Shown one piece after another: positions 23,901 through 35,882 of a DNA stretch of 64,000 nucleotides. Origin of the DNA: Marsupella aquatica (lineage: Eukaryota; Plantae; Marchantiophyta); the NCBI GenBank assembly GCA_973895155.1, contig OZ316898.1, positions 8,233,079 to 8,297,078 of the forward strand, given 5' to 3'. How positions within the stretch are numbered: the stretch's first letter is position 1; each line of letters begins with the position of its first letter. The notes under the pieces are model-generated. The model was not told the origin of the DNA and made no database searches. It saw only the letters and a program-made list of their open reading frames with translations. A program made the position numbers and the translations under genes.

Positions 23901-26299
23901 TCATATTTAAGTATGTACGCATCAGTCAGCCAGTGATTAACCAGTCTGATTAATACACTAAAAGCAGTTACCCAATCTTTGCAGATTCACCCATTTGCAA
24001 CACTTTGCCGACAGCCTGAATACACAGTTCCAAGTGAATGTTGAAGTAAGCATTTCGTCTACCTGCTTCTTTCGGAATCTAATTCTGTTCCGTTGGTTGT
24101 CTGCGCAAGAAGCCTATCTCCCCTGATGACAAAGCTGCAAGTGAAACTTGAAGTAAGAATTTTGTCTATCTGCTTCTTTGAGACCCTAAGTTTGTTCTTT
24201 TGGTTGTCTGCTGAAGAAGTCTTGACTTTCAATCACAGATGTTTCGTAGATTGGATTCTCTTCTGGTTTGCTTTGGTTTTTTCCCGTCCACCAAGAGGCA
24301 TGACATATCTGTTGTCGTACGCAGACGAGGACGCTGCCTGTGGGAGATACTCTGTGGATTGCTCGTCACAAACAGCAGAACGAAGAATATGTTTTGGAGT
24401 TTGTGCTCGAAAGGAAAAGTGTTCAGGATTTGTGGATGTCCATAAAAGACAACCGTTACAAGGAGCAAAAGCTGAAATTGTTGGTTGGTGATTGAATCTT
24501 CTCAAAGCACTTAGAGAGTCTCCCTGCATGCGCCATTCGGTTGCCTACTACATCTCTGCCATAGTTTAAGGCGTTTCAATCACTTCGAATTTTGCTCCAT
24601 TTTCAACTGGTTGCTTCATTTTGTTCCTATTTTGGATGGTACCTCGTCTTGAAATTGGGTGGAAGGCATGACAATCTTGACCTGCACAAAGTTGAGTCGA
24701 GATTATTTTCAGCATCACGTTGTTGATATGCAGTCCTGCAACGTCACTTTCTTGCAGAATTGTGGATTGAAACGCCTCCTTTACCTGGTGGAGGGAGATG
24801 TGAACAATATCGAATCTACAGAGACACTCAAGACAGCGTATGGTTACAAAGACAGGCAGCGGTGCCCCATCGAATAATCATTACCATGTAGAACAGCGCA
24901 GCGTTTTCAACTTGAGAAGATGCAGCTATGTTGTCCATCATGCGTCATAGAGATCTCAATTTCATGTCTACTTTCTGTGCAGGATGCTCACCACAGAACT
25001 GCAGGGATTCCAACTATTGAAAACTGATGACACAAATGACACCTGCAAGCAGTATGGCCACCTTACTAAAGCGATTATGGCCCGCTACAGCGTGGAGTTC
25101 GGCAAGACAGGGAAATCAGGTCAAGTTAGTAAGACATACAAAGCTTTTGTGGAGCACTGCAACGACTTTAAGAAGGATCGAGTCAAAGATGTTTTCTGTC
25201 GCCAGCTAACCCAAGTAAGCACACCGTTCCGTTTGTGCCAGACGTTTTTACGGAAATGTGGACCAGGCGACTCTTGTTTGTCTAGTCATGATGTTCACTG
25301 GGTTTTAAACTCAGACATACTAGGTTTGTTTTGAACTCAGACGTACTAGGTCCACTAGGTTTTGAACTCAGACATACTAGGTTTGTTTTCTGGCACTGTT
25401 TTCAAGCACACTGGTGACAGAAAACTATGCACAATAAATATTCGACCTGGAAGAATCTGCACCAAGATTATTTTGACTAATGTATAACCAGTTCAGGTGT
25501 TCTTGAAACATGTCTCTTTGGTTCTTAAAGTAAATATAATACGCATACTGATGCCTTCTCTGCTTTGTAAGTAATGCGATGATGGTAACTATATCATGAC
25601 CAAACGGTTTTGGCTCTTAATTTGACCTCTGGCATTGGACATGGTTTGATCCTAACCAATTACTGGGCTCTCAGATTAGCCATATCACCGAGGAGATAGC
25701 TCATTCAATTCTGGATCGATATCCTACTCTTTCCTCTATTGTGGCAGCATTCGAAGAACTAGTAAGTAATCCACCTTCTATAACGGGTCTCAATTCTCAT
25801 CCCTAGGGGCAAAGTACACACGCTCAAGACAAGCAATCGGATAAATCCATTGCCTCTGGCTTGAACAAATGAGTTTAGGGTTTAGTCTTTAGGGTACATT
25901 GATCTTTCACGCTCTGTTTTGTTTGTTAATGAAGGTTTCGTATCTAATATAGAAACAAAGTCTAGGTGCAGAAATATGGAAGCCACTGATTCTCCAGATT
26001 CCACTCTACGTTTTCGTTGGAGCTCTAAACTCACACCCTAAATTAAGCCATCTGATTCTTCCCCTTCAGATCTATTGCAAAGCCCATAAGTTGCATGTGG
26101 AATGAATGTTGCGGTGTCCACCTGCGTCTTACCGGGAAAGTAGAATGCAAGCTAACTGACCACCCGTTATATCTCTTGACAGGAGGGAAATCAGGAGGTA
26201 CAAGAGAAGTTGCTGCAGGGAATTCCAATTCGAAATACCTCAAAAACCATCAGTGCTGTAATGAGTAAAAATGTATATAAAGCCATCTGGGCCCCTTAG
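20925..26299 (+). CDS. MUS81: Crossover junction endonuclease MUS81; exons 20925-21166, 21308-21399, 21645-21738, 21998-22084, 22236-22355, 22757-23024, 23237-23312, 23583(or 23592)-23709, 23985-24045, 24325-24483, 24758-24837, 24983-25214, 25675-25761, 26183-26299
   Basis: Spliced translation gives a winged helix (RYIPAKNSGGYALLITLLR; FYCGWSSMGTLIRKALVVKTSNPAKYMLT), the ERCC4 nuclease (ILDNREQF; LPVGDTLWIARH...EYVLEFVLERKSVQDLWMSIKDNRYKEQK; CGLKRLLYLVEGD) and a C-terminal HhH2 (DVFCRQLTQ...ITEEIAHSILDRYPTL...SKNVYKAIW*). The middle linker exons are less certain. Confidence 0.92.
25301..25390. repeat. Short intronic tandem repeat (TTTTGAACTCAGACATACTAGGT-like) x3
   Basis: Three near-identical units inside the MUS81 intron 25215-25674. 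Confidence 0.8.
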
Positions 26300-28217
26300 C
26301 CCCTATGCACCAATATCAACAATCTGAAATAACAGCTGCCCAAATATTTTCCCGGCTTCATGCTCTGTACTGGGATTCATCCGATTCATTGTGAACCATC
26401 AGCAGAATCATCTTTCCTGTCCTTTGAACCTGCTTTGGTTGGTTTGGTTCATGTCTTGCTAAGCTGCCATAAGTGATCTGCCATAAGTAATCCATGTCAT
26501 TTTAATTTCTCCCAATACCTGGTTGGTGCCCGTTGCCTGGTTGTGACTTGTCCCGCGAACCAGATCAATGCTCTCTCACGTGCAAGTCTTGCAACTTATA
26601 GACTCTGGCTAAAATAACAACCTTGGTGATTGAGGAATGTGACTGAGCAGAACTGCTTGATCAAGCCTTCAAGCGTGTGGTGTTATTGGCTTAAACGTGC
26701 AACATCACAGTGTGCATCTCAGATTGGGTTCAGCTGACGTGCTTTAGGGGTCAGTTGTCTCAGGTAATGTAAGGACTAGGCTTCTGACTTGTGCCTTACT
26801 AACGTTTGTATGCGCTGGCGCTTTTAATGCGAAGTCCCACACTGAACTTAGAGAATAGATAGAGGTAAGTGAAACGATCCGCGCTGAGACATACTACGAT
26901 TTCCAGGCTGGCCTTGAGGAGATTGGATCATGCCCTCAATTCTGGGGTGAAATCTTTTGTTTCAACAAGATGCGTTTACTCGACACAATTTAGTAGAAAT
27001 TCCAACCATAATATAGAAGCCCCTGTTATTGATAGTGTATTGTGCTTATCCGACTGAGTTTCATGTTGAGGCGCACTTTTTTCACGATCTTGATACTGAG
27101 AGTTTTCTCTCATATTTGTTGGTCCTTCACTATTTAATAATGAGATGGTTGTTTACGTTTCGTCCTCGAAGTTTAGTTTGTTTCAACACCAACAGCATCT
27201 CTGATTGACATGCAGTGGGGACTCTCTCTTGGAATCGGTTACTCGGTCAACACTATATCATTGAGACATGCTGACACACTGAATGGTACTCCGTAATAGG
27301 GATGCACGTATCCCAGCTTGTAGAGCTTACTTGTCCCTCGATTTTGTTCAAAAACATACTAGTCAGCATATAATTGGTCTTTGCCTGTCACTCCAGTGTC
27401 GCACTCATGGCTATTGACGTTTCTTTAGGTCATGAAATTATGTGCAAGCATTCTTGGCAGCAATGTGATCATTAACAGCAAACAAGTATAAACAGGTCGT
27501 ATATCTGGGATCCATGAGTGATTTATCCAAGGAGAAGAGCTTTGGACTAGTTTAAGAGTACTGCAGCAGAGAGCCTTTGAAATCCCAAGGACCTTTTCTG
27601 GGGTTCGGTAGTGATTCTCTCGTAGAAGATCAGGCAGTGCCCTAACCCATCTCCCGGTTTTGCACACTTTTGTCCTCACGTATCTCGTTGACATTATCAT
27701 AGGATGTAGATGTTCGGGATAAAACATAAGTTTGCAAACGATTTAACTCATGTATTTAATTACTCCACATTTGGGAGATGTTCGAGATAAATAGAGGGTG
27801 GTTGATGTGAAGTTTTGTTCAGGCTTTGTTCGTATAATCTGTATGAGCAAAGGTCAGGGGACTCCTGCCAAAAGAGTTTTGGCCAGGGCAATCGTCGATC
27901 TACTCTAGATTTAGTTTAGTACGTCCTTCTAACCGATGAAATTCAAGTATGAAGATCTACAGCCTGACTGTCTTGTTAGCTTGGCAACCTGCAACCTCGG
28001 GCAATGATGATGAGCAGGAAGACAGAATGGAGATTGAGTGTGTGCACGAACGAGCCATAATAGTACCTTCCGTGGAGGCTGGCGAGGCAAGGAGATAGTA
28101 CTGGCGAGGTGGTGAGCCCTCACGCAAGAATCGCCACTGGCAGACAGTAATGCGCAGAGGAAGTAACCTCTGGATGGGTGGAGCGGTGAGGTTGGAGTAG
28201 GGCTACAGTACAAAAAA

Positions 28218-28402
28218 ATTTGGAAGCCACTGGCTTACACCATCTCCAAAGGTTACTGTGCATATTTGAGAAGCCACTCCTTTAGCCCATCTCCAAAGGT
28301 TACTGGGTGCAAAGCTGAGAAGCCACAGAATTAGACCATCATCAAAGGTTACTGGGAGCCAATTTGAAATGCCAGACTTCAACCATCTCCAAAAGTTTAT
28401 GG
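28218..28402. repeat. Four ~47-49-bp units with core GAAGCCAC-N9-CCATCTCCAAAGGTTACTG; probable subterminal repeats of a DNA transposon relic
   Basis: Cores at 28240, 28287, 28336 and 28383. Harbinger-TIR-like ends lie nearby: TTGGCGATGCTC at 28726-28737 and TTA-GAGCATCTCCA at 28759-28772. Confidence 0.7.
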
Positions 28403-29644
28403 GGTTTGGTTACTGGAAATAAATATCCAGTCTGCCATCATTCTGTTTTTAGTTTAGTGTAAGTATCAATCATTGTCAAACGAAACTCAGTCGCAACCAT
28501 TGGATAATTTTTCCTGCACGGGAGAAATCAGCTTCAAATCAGTGTAGATTACAAATTTGAAAACCCAGCAACTATCCAGTGTAAAACAGTATATTGTTTT
28601 TGCAAACACAAATCCAGGAGCCAAAACTTAGACCCTAAACATCTGATAGTTTTCTGGTGAATAGGTTGGACATGACTTTTTGCATTTTAGTTATTGGGTT
28701 TGGTCAACACCCTTGTCAGTAGAGGTTGGCGATGCTCGTATAATATGTCTATGTCACCTTAGAGCATCTCCACTAGTTGTGGCTACTGCTAGTCAGAGGC
28801 GGTTGTAGCAAGAGGCCCTCAATTCTAATACTTTTTTGATCCACACTGGCCTGCATCAATTTTAAACCCTAAACCCTGCCAGTCTGCCAGAAGCTGCCTC
28901 CTTGGCATGTTTGGGCATATTAAGCATATACACTTTTGCCAAACGCTGTGGATGGCAGTGATCAACAAATCTCAAGACACCAGGGTGGCCATGGAGACAA
29001 AGATTGGAGCCATTCAACATTTTTACATGCGGAGAATATGGATTCAGGTGGGACGGTGTTCTAGGTGCTCTTTGTCAAGGATGAGGAAGGATGCCACTCA
29101 CCTCACCATAGAGGCCAATACCAGAGTGAGCTGATGTGGAGTGAGCTGAAATGCAAGACCCTGAGCAATACATGTTGAGTTATTTAGGATTCCTTTTGGG
29201 GTTCCTTTATAAGTTTTGGGAAATGGGAGTCCAGTCTCCCGCTCCCAGTGCTGAAAAACCAAGCTCCATGGCCAAACTCGAGGTCTCTCCAAGTACTTCA
29301 AATGCTCACTATTTTGGGTGTTGAAACAGTGGTCTGTTCATCTGTGTCTCCAAGTAAAATGTTGTGGTATACTCACAGAATCAAAAAATTATGCTTGTAT
29401 TCCATCCTTACACAAGTTTAGTTCAGGTTAGGGGAATACCCTAGTGCCATCCTGGTTTGTGTAGGACTTGTGCAAAACATTGATTAGTTTTCACTTAGGG
29501 AATAACTCAATCCCAGAATGTCATGACTATAAAGCCCGGATGAGCTTGAGGGTCCTTCACTATTTTCAGGACTGGTACTTCACAAAAGTGAGGTGTCCTT
29601 CCCGAAAGTGGTAAGCCGCCACTCCTGCCTGAAGTACTTGGGGT

Positions 29645-30065
29645 TGTTGGGTATTTACTCTTACGTCTAGGTTAGGTATGACGTGGTTGGTACAACAACA
29701 TGGGTTGGTACAACTACGTGGTTAGGTACAACTACGTGATTAGGTACAACTATGTGGTTAGGTACAACTACGTGATTAGGTACAACTATGTGGTTAGGTA
29801 CAACTAAGTTGCACACTATATCATAAGAGGCATGTGTGCTTGGAGAGGTAGAACCAAGGCTCATTGTTATGGAGCCACTTGAGAGATAGGGAGAGCTTAC
29901 ACTGTGGAGACTCGGTATAGCCGACGGGCTTAGAGTTCAGTAAAGCTCTCTTGTGTGTTCCCGTGGACGTAGCCTCAAGGAGGTGAACCACGTATCTCTT
30001 GTGTCGACTATTGTGCGTTGGATGGTTCATGGGCTTGCCGTTGCGATCGTCGTCTATGCTCAACA
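29645..30065 (+). repeat. 5' LTR (421 bp)
   Basis: TGTTGGG...CTCAACA. It contains an 18-bp tandem array, a TATA-like CACTATATCATAAG and a CGTGG...CCACG hairpin. Confidence 0.97.
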
Positions 30066-30067
30066 AT

Positions 30068-30080
30068 TGGTATCAGAGCA
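30068..30080 (+). other. Primer-binding site complementary to the 3' end of initiator tRNA-Met
   Basis: TGGTATCAGAGCA, 2 nt downstream of the 5' LTR. Confidence 0.95.
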
Positions 30081-30515
30081 TGCTTGGGAGGTGTCGTGTG
30101 TTCGTGACGGGATTTCATTACGGTTTTTCCAGCGTTGAGTGTCGGTGGATTTCCCGGAGTTCCGTCGCATGGAACTTGGAGTTTATGGGCTCAACGGATA
30201 GATCGGGGCAAGAGCTTTCTAACGGTGTGAAGAAATCGCTGAACGGAGCTCGTGGTGCAGAGAGATCTAAGTTTTCGTCGTTCTGGATTTTGTGAAGAAA
30301 GTTGGCAATCGACTCGGAGGGAGAAGCGTCAAGTGTTTTGACTCAACGGAGAGATTGAGGCAAGACGATTGTTTTGAGTCCGGGATTGGCTCTTTGATGC
30401 AAAGAGAAAGGCTAAGCAAAATCAATTACCTTGTTGGATTGGTGATGGCACCAAGTGCAATTGATCAACATTCGTTGTTGACAAGGGGCAGAGAGAGGAG
30501 CAGGAGGAAGAGCAC

Positions 30516-33500
30516 GTGACACCGATACCATCACCGGTGCGGCGTGTGGTGGAGGAAGCAGTACTACTACCGGAGCTCACGGTAGTGCCAAAGAAGAAGA
30601 TGGGGACTTTCAAGCTTGGGGGACCCAAGTATGAAGTGACAAAGTATGATGGGCGCTCTGACTACTTGCTATGGGAGAAGCAGGTGAAGGGAGTGCTCTA
30701 TGCGTCAGGGATGGGCCAACTGCTGAGCCCTCGTGAAGACGATGTTGATGAGAAACAATGGGACCGCATGCAGGAGCAGGGAGTGTGGTGTGTTACACTC
30801 TATCTCATGCCTCCCATCATCAAGCAGTTGGGTGCACATAAGGATTGCATGTCCTTGTTTGCGGAATTGCAGAGCAAGTATCACCGCAAGGAGTTGTCGA
30901 ACCGGCTCTACACTTCCTACAAACTCATGAGTTTCAGGATGAAGGAATCCGACACAAAGTTGCAAGACCATGTGGATGCTTTCAACGACATGGTCGTTGA
31001 CTTGGAAAACCTTGGGGAGACTTTGAATGATGAGACGAAGGCTCTGCAGCTTCTTAGTTCATTGCCTCCATCTTACCAGTCCCTATCACGAGTGTTGTTG
31101 CATCGTGATAGGGATACCATTTCATATAATGACGTGGTAAGTTCTCTGCTTAGTGATGATCTTCAGCAGAAGATGCACATCACATCACAGCCTTCATCAT
31201 CTGGTGCTGCCCTCAATGTTAACCGTGGGAGGGGTATGCAGCGACCAACTGGGGACCGTAGAACCCAGTTTAGATCTAAATCCAAATCTAAGTCCAAGGG
31301 TAAATCCCCTCAGAGGAGGCAGGTGACATGTTGGAAGTGCAACCAAGTTGGACACTTCAAGCGAGACTATAAGGGAAAGGCAGCGGAAACTTCATCGGCA
31401 AATGTGGCTAGGGCTGATGGAGAAGCTGATTTACTCAATGATGAGTATGTTTTATGAAGCCGGGGGTATGCCCTGTGCACGTCATCTAGGAGAGCAGATG
31501 ATGTGTGGATTCTTGATTGTGCTTGCTCTTTTCATATTTGTTACATTCGTGAGTTTTTCAGTTCTTACTCTATTTCAAACGGTTCAGTTCTGATGGGAAA
31601 TGATCACTCCTGTCAAATTGAGGGAATTGGGTCTGTGAAGATTCAAATGTTTGATGGCGCTGTGCGCACAGTGTCCGGAGTCAGGTATGTACCTGGCATG
31701 CGTAAGAATCTGATTTCACTCGGTGTGTTGGATTCAAATGGTCATCAATGGAGCGTTATTGATGGTGAACTTCAAGTCAGGTCAGGAGAGACAGTGATTT
31801 TGAAGGGGAGTAGACAAAAGAATTTGTATGTGTTACAGGGCAATACTGTATGTGGAGAGGCCAATGTAACCAAGTCTCACGAGGAGATGACTCAACTGTG
31901 GCATTCACGGCTAGGCCATATGAGTGAGAAGGGTTTGGCTATCTTACGGAAGAATGGACTCATTTCTGATTTGCAATCTTGTAAATTAGAGTTTTGTGAG
32001 CATTGCATTCTTGGAAAGCAGCATCGTCGTGCTTTTGGTGTTGGAACTCATCGTTCCAAAGCGGTTCTTGAGTACATACATAGTGACGTGTGGGGTCCAT
32101 CCCCGACTCCCTCACACTCTGGAAAGTTGTACTATGTATCATTTATTGATGATTACTCAAGATTTGTGTGAATTTATTTCATGACGCATAAGTCTGATGT
32201 CTTGTCCATTTTTAAGAAGTGGAAGGCCCAGGTGGAGAATCAGACTGGAAACACGATCAAGTGTTTGGATACAAGGGTGAAGAGTCTGAGGTCAGACAAC
32301 GGCGGGGAGTACACTTCAATGGAATTTGAAGAGTACTGTTCAGAACAGGGGATAACTCGCCATCTCACCACAGTTTATACTCCGCAGCAGAATGGTGTCG
32401 CTGAGAGGCTCAATCGGACACTGTTGGAGCGGTCACGGAGTATGTTGAGCCAATCAGGTTTACCACAAGAATTTTGGGCAGAAGCTATCAATACCGCAGC
32501 TTATTTGGTAAATCTTTCTCCTTCTAGTGCTATCAATTTCAAAACGCCGTTTGAGATGCGCTATAAGCGGCAAGCAGACTATCATGGCTTGGTAGTTTTT
32601 GGAAGTGATGCATATGCTCTCACACCGAAGCAGAATAGGACCAAGTTGGATCCTACCTCCAATAAATATGTTTTTTTTGGGTACCAGAGTGGTGTGAAAG
32701 CCTATAGGCTATGGGATCCTATTGCCTGTAAGCTCGTTGTCAGTAGGGATGTTTCCTTCAATGAATCCAAATTATTGAAGGAGGGGGAGAATACTCAGGT
32801 CTCCCGTACTGACAAAGGAAAATCTCCTATCCCGGATCTCGTTGAGGGGGAGATTGGTTATGAGGTGCATGACCGGAAAGAAGGAGTTGCTCCAATTATG
32901 GAGCTGGTTCCTGTGCCAGAGGAACCAGAGGAGTTTGTTGATGCTGGTGAGCAGCAAGTGGATGCTGTTGAGCTTCAAATTGTACCAGCACACGCAGATC
33001 AACCGGAGTCATCGGCTAGAAGAACATCTGGTCGCACTGTACGCGCTCCACCAAGGTATGGACAGTGGGTTGATTCATCTCAACTGCAAGAGGATGATTT
33101 TACAGCTGATGATGAGGGTGATGTGTTAATTTTGGAAGAAGGGGAACCTTCTTCATTTCATGAGGCAAGTGCTTCAAAGGAGAAGCAGAAGTGGACTGCA
33201 GCAATGCAAACGGAGATGCAGTCACTAAAGGACAACAAAACTTGGGAGCTTGTTAAGCTGCCTAAGGGTCAGCAAGTGGTGGACAGCAAGTGGATTTACA
33301 AGCTGAAGGATAATTCCATAGGAGGTGGATCGAAGGTCTACAAGGCTAGATTGGTAGCAAAGGGATTCACACAAGAGAAAGGTGTGGATTACAATGAGGT
33401 CTTCTCACCAGTTGCTAAGTACTCTACAATACGACTATTGTGTGTACTTGTTGTAATGTTTGGTCTGCTGCTAGATCAGATGGATGTTGTCACAGCTTTC

Positions 33501-34730
33501 CTCTATGGCACATTGGAAGAGGTGATCTTCATGAGACAACCGCTAGGTTTTGTGAAGAGAGGACAGGAGGAATTGGTTTGCAGATTGCTGAAATCCTTGT
33601 ATGGGTTGAAGCAGTCACCAAGACAGTGGAACAAGCGGTTTGACGATTGGATTCAGTCACAAGGTTTTCACAGAAGTGTATTTGACCCTTGTGTGTATTT
33701 GAAACCGGTAAAGAATGTTGTCTTTGGGTTCATTGTTTTAGTACTTTATGTGGATGATATGCTAATTGCAGCCAAGGATAGGTCTGAGATTGTTAAGCTC
33801 AAGGCACTGCTTAGTGCAGAGTTTAAGATGAAGGACTTAGGGCCAGCTAAGAGGATTTTGGGTATGGAGATCACTAGGGACTTGGAGGCTGGCAAGCTAT
33901 GGTTGACGCAGAGCAGTTATGCGAGGAAGGTAATTGCAAGGTTCAACATGGGGAATAGCAAGCCAGTAAGTACCCCGTTGGCTCCACACTTCAAGTTATC
34001 ATCAGCGTTCTGTCCTACGGATGACACAGAGAAGGGGTTGATGTCAAAGGTTCTGTATGACAAGGCAGTGGGGAGTCTCATGTATTTGATGACTTGCACT
34101 AGACCTGATCTTGCCATGGCTATGGGCAAGGTAAGCAGGTACATATCAAATCCAGGGAAGGTACACTGGGAAGCAGTGAAGTGGATTATCAGGTACTTGA
34201 AGGGTACCGTGGATCATGGTCTTTTATTTGATGCGAATGCAAAGAATGCTAAATCATTGATTGGCTATGTTGATTCTGACTATGGACAAGATTTGGACCG
34301 AAGGAGATCAACAACAGGATACGTGTTCACACTTGGCGGTGGATGCATAAGTTAGAGGTCTACTTTGCAGAAGTGTATTGCTCAGTCTACTACAGAAGCG
34401 GAGTATGTTGCAGCTGCGGAAGTAGCAAAGGAAGCGATTTGGTTGAATAGACTTATCACTGAAATGGGATTGCCATAGAGGAATGTGAAGCTCCATTGTG
34501 ATAGTCAAAGTGCGCTCCACCTTGCTGTGAACCAGGTGATGGACAGCAGAGTGAAGCACATTGACGTTAGGTACCATTTTATCAGGCAGGCTGTGTCTGA
34601 TAATTTGTTTGAGCTAGTCAAGATTGATGGTAAACTCAACCCGGCTGACGCATTTACCAAAGTGATTCCTTTGGAGAGTTTCTCTAGACATCGTGACGTA
34701 TTGCAGGTTTTGCAATTGCATCACAAGTAG
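30516..34730 (+). pseudogene. Copia gag-pol polyprotein in one reading frame interrupted by stops at 31455, 32169, 34353 and 34476
   Basis: Gag KYEVTKYDGRSDYLLW and zinc knuckle CWKCNQVGHFKRDY; protease WILDCACSFH; GAG-pre-integrase LWHSRLGHMS...CEHC; integrase HSDVWGP, LRSDNGGEY and PQQNGVAER; RT YKARLVAKG, QMDVVTAFL and LYVDDM; RNase H YVDSDY, STTEAEY and KHIDVRYHFIR. ORF starts 30516, 31503, 32181 and 34485 are all in the same frame. Confidence 0.95.
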
Positions 34731-34908
34731 AGTTTTCTTAACATTCATTGTAATTACTGATATATGCTCTTCCTCATTCCTATGTTTAGGCTACGGCTTA
34801 GTTCTGGTTTGCTCTAGTTAGAGAGGGAAATCGGTTTGGTTTTTGTCCAGAACTTCCCGCTGAGGGATCATATACATTGACAGTATTACTCTCCCCTAGA
34901 CCAGAGTC

Positions 34909-34919
34909 AAGGGGAAGAT
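34909..34919 (+). other. Polypurine tract
   Basis: AAGGGGAAGAT immediately before the 3' LTR. Confidence 0.9.
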
Positions 34920-35322
34920 TGTTGGGTATTTACTCTTACGTCTAGGTTAGGTATGACGTGGTTGGTACAACAACATGGGTTGGTACAACTACGTGGTTAG
35001 GTACAACTACGTGATTAGGTACAACTATGTGGTTAGGTACAACTATGTGGTTAGGTACAACTAAGTTGCACACTATATCATAAGAGGCATGTGTGCTTGG
35101 AGAGGTAGAACCAAGGCTCATTGTTATGGAGCCACTTGAGAGATAGGGAGAGCTTACACTGTGGAGACTCGGTATAGCCGACGGGCTTAGAGTTCAGTAA
35201 AGCTCTCTTGTGTGTTCCCGTGGACGTAGCCTCAAGGAGGTGAACCACGCATCTCTTGTGTCGACTATTGTGCGTTGGATGGTTCATGGGCTTGCCGTTG
35301 CGATCGTCGTCTATGCTCAACA
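34920..35322 (+). repeat. 3' LTR (403 bp)
   Basis: Identical to the 5' LTR except for one fewer 18-bp unit and one T/C substitution (29993 vs 35250). Confidence 0.97.
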
Positions 35323-35882
35323 GGGGTGTCCTTCACAAAAGTGAACATCCATTTCACAGTTGGTATATGATTTTTGACCATTTTGACACTCATTGTACAT
35401 GGAGCAAATGAGCTTAAACAATACTCAAACTTTGTTTGAAAGTAATAGAATGGACATCAAACAACATGCTGACAAGATCTGAGAATAAAGAGAGATCCAA
35501 AATATGGCCAAATAGATACACAAGTCTGCCGAAAACCAAATTTGTACACTTGAGAAAAGTAAAATCCAGTAAAACATGGAATAAAATGGTCAGATCAGAA
35601 AAGATCAAGGACCCAGCAATCACCTGAAAGTGATCCCTTTGTTATAGTGGGTGACATGTTGTTACATTCCACAGATAAAATATTTTCATACAGGTCACCC
35701 CAATTAATCAATCCCATACCACACATATGACCATGAGTAACAGTATTACATCCCACTGGTTCAAAATCCTTGTGATTAGTAAACCGAGACCACAAAGGTT
35801 GAAGGAGACTTTTCAGGGGGGTAAAATTTGGCGAATTTTCCCCAAAAAGTGGAGAATACTCACCGAAGAGTGAAATGGCTAA

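Larger units (their letters stand above)
29645..35322 (+). mobile_element. Full-length Ty1/copia LTR retrotransposon (Tnt1/Tork-like), defective
   Basis: TG...CA LTRs, 5-bp TSD GGGGT (29640-29644 and 35323-35327), PBS, PPT and domain order gag-PR-INT-RT-RH. Confidence 0.97.

Noticed and set aside
28218-28402. CRISPR-like repeat/spacer periodicity (also considered for the 18-bp LTR array and 1-300)
   Set aside because: The linkers are homologous to each other rather than unique, there are no cas genes, and the context is eukaryotic.
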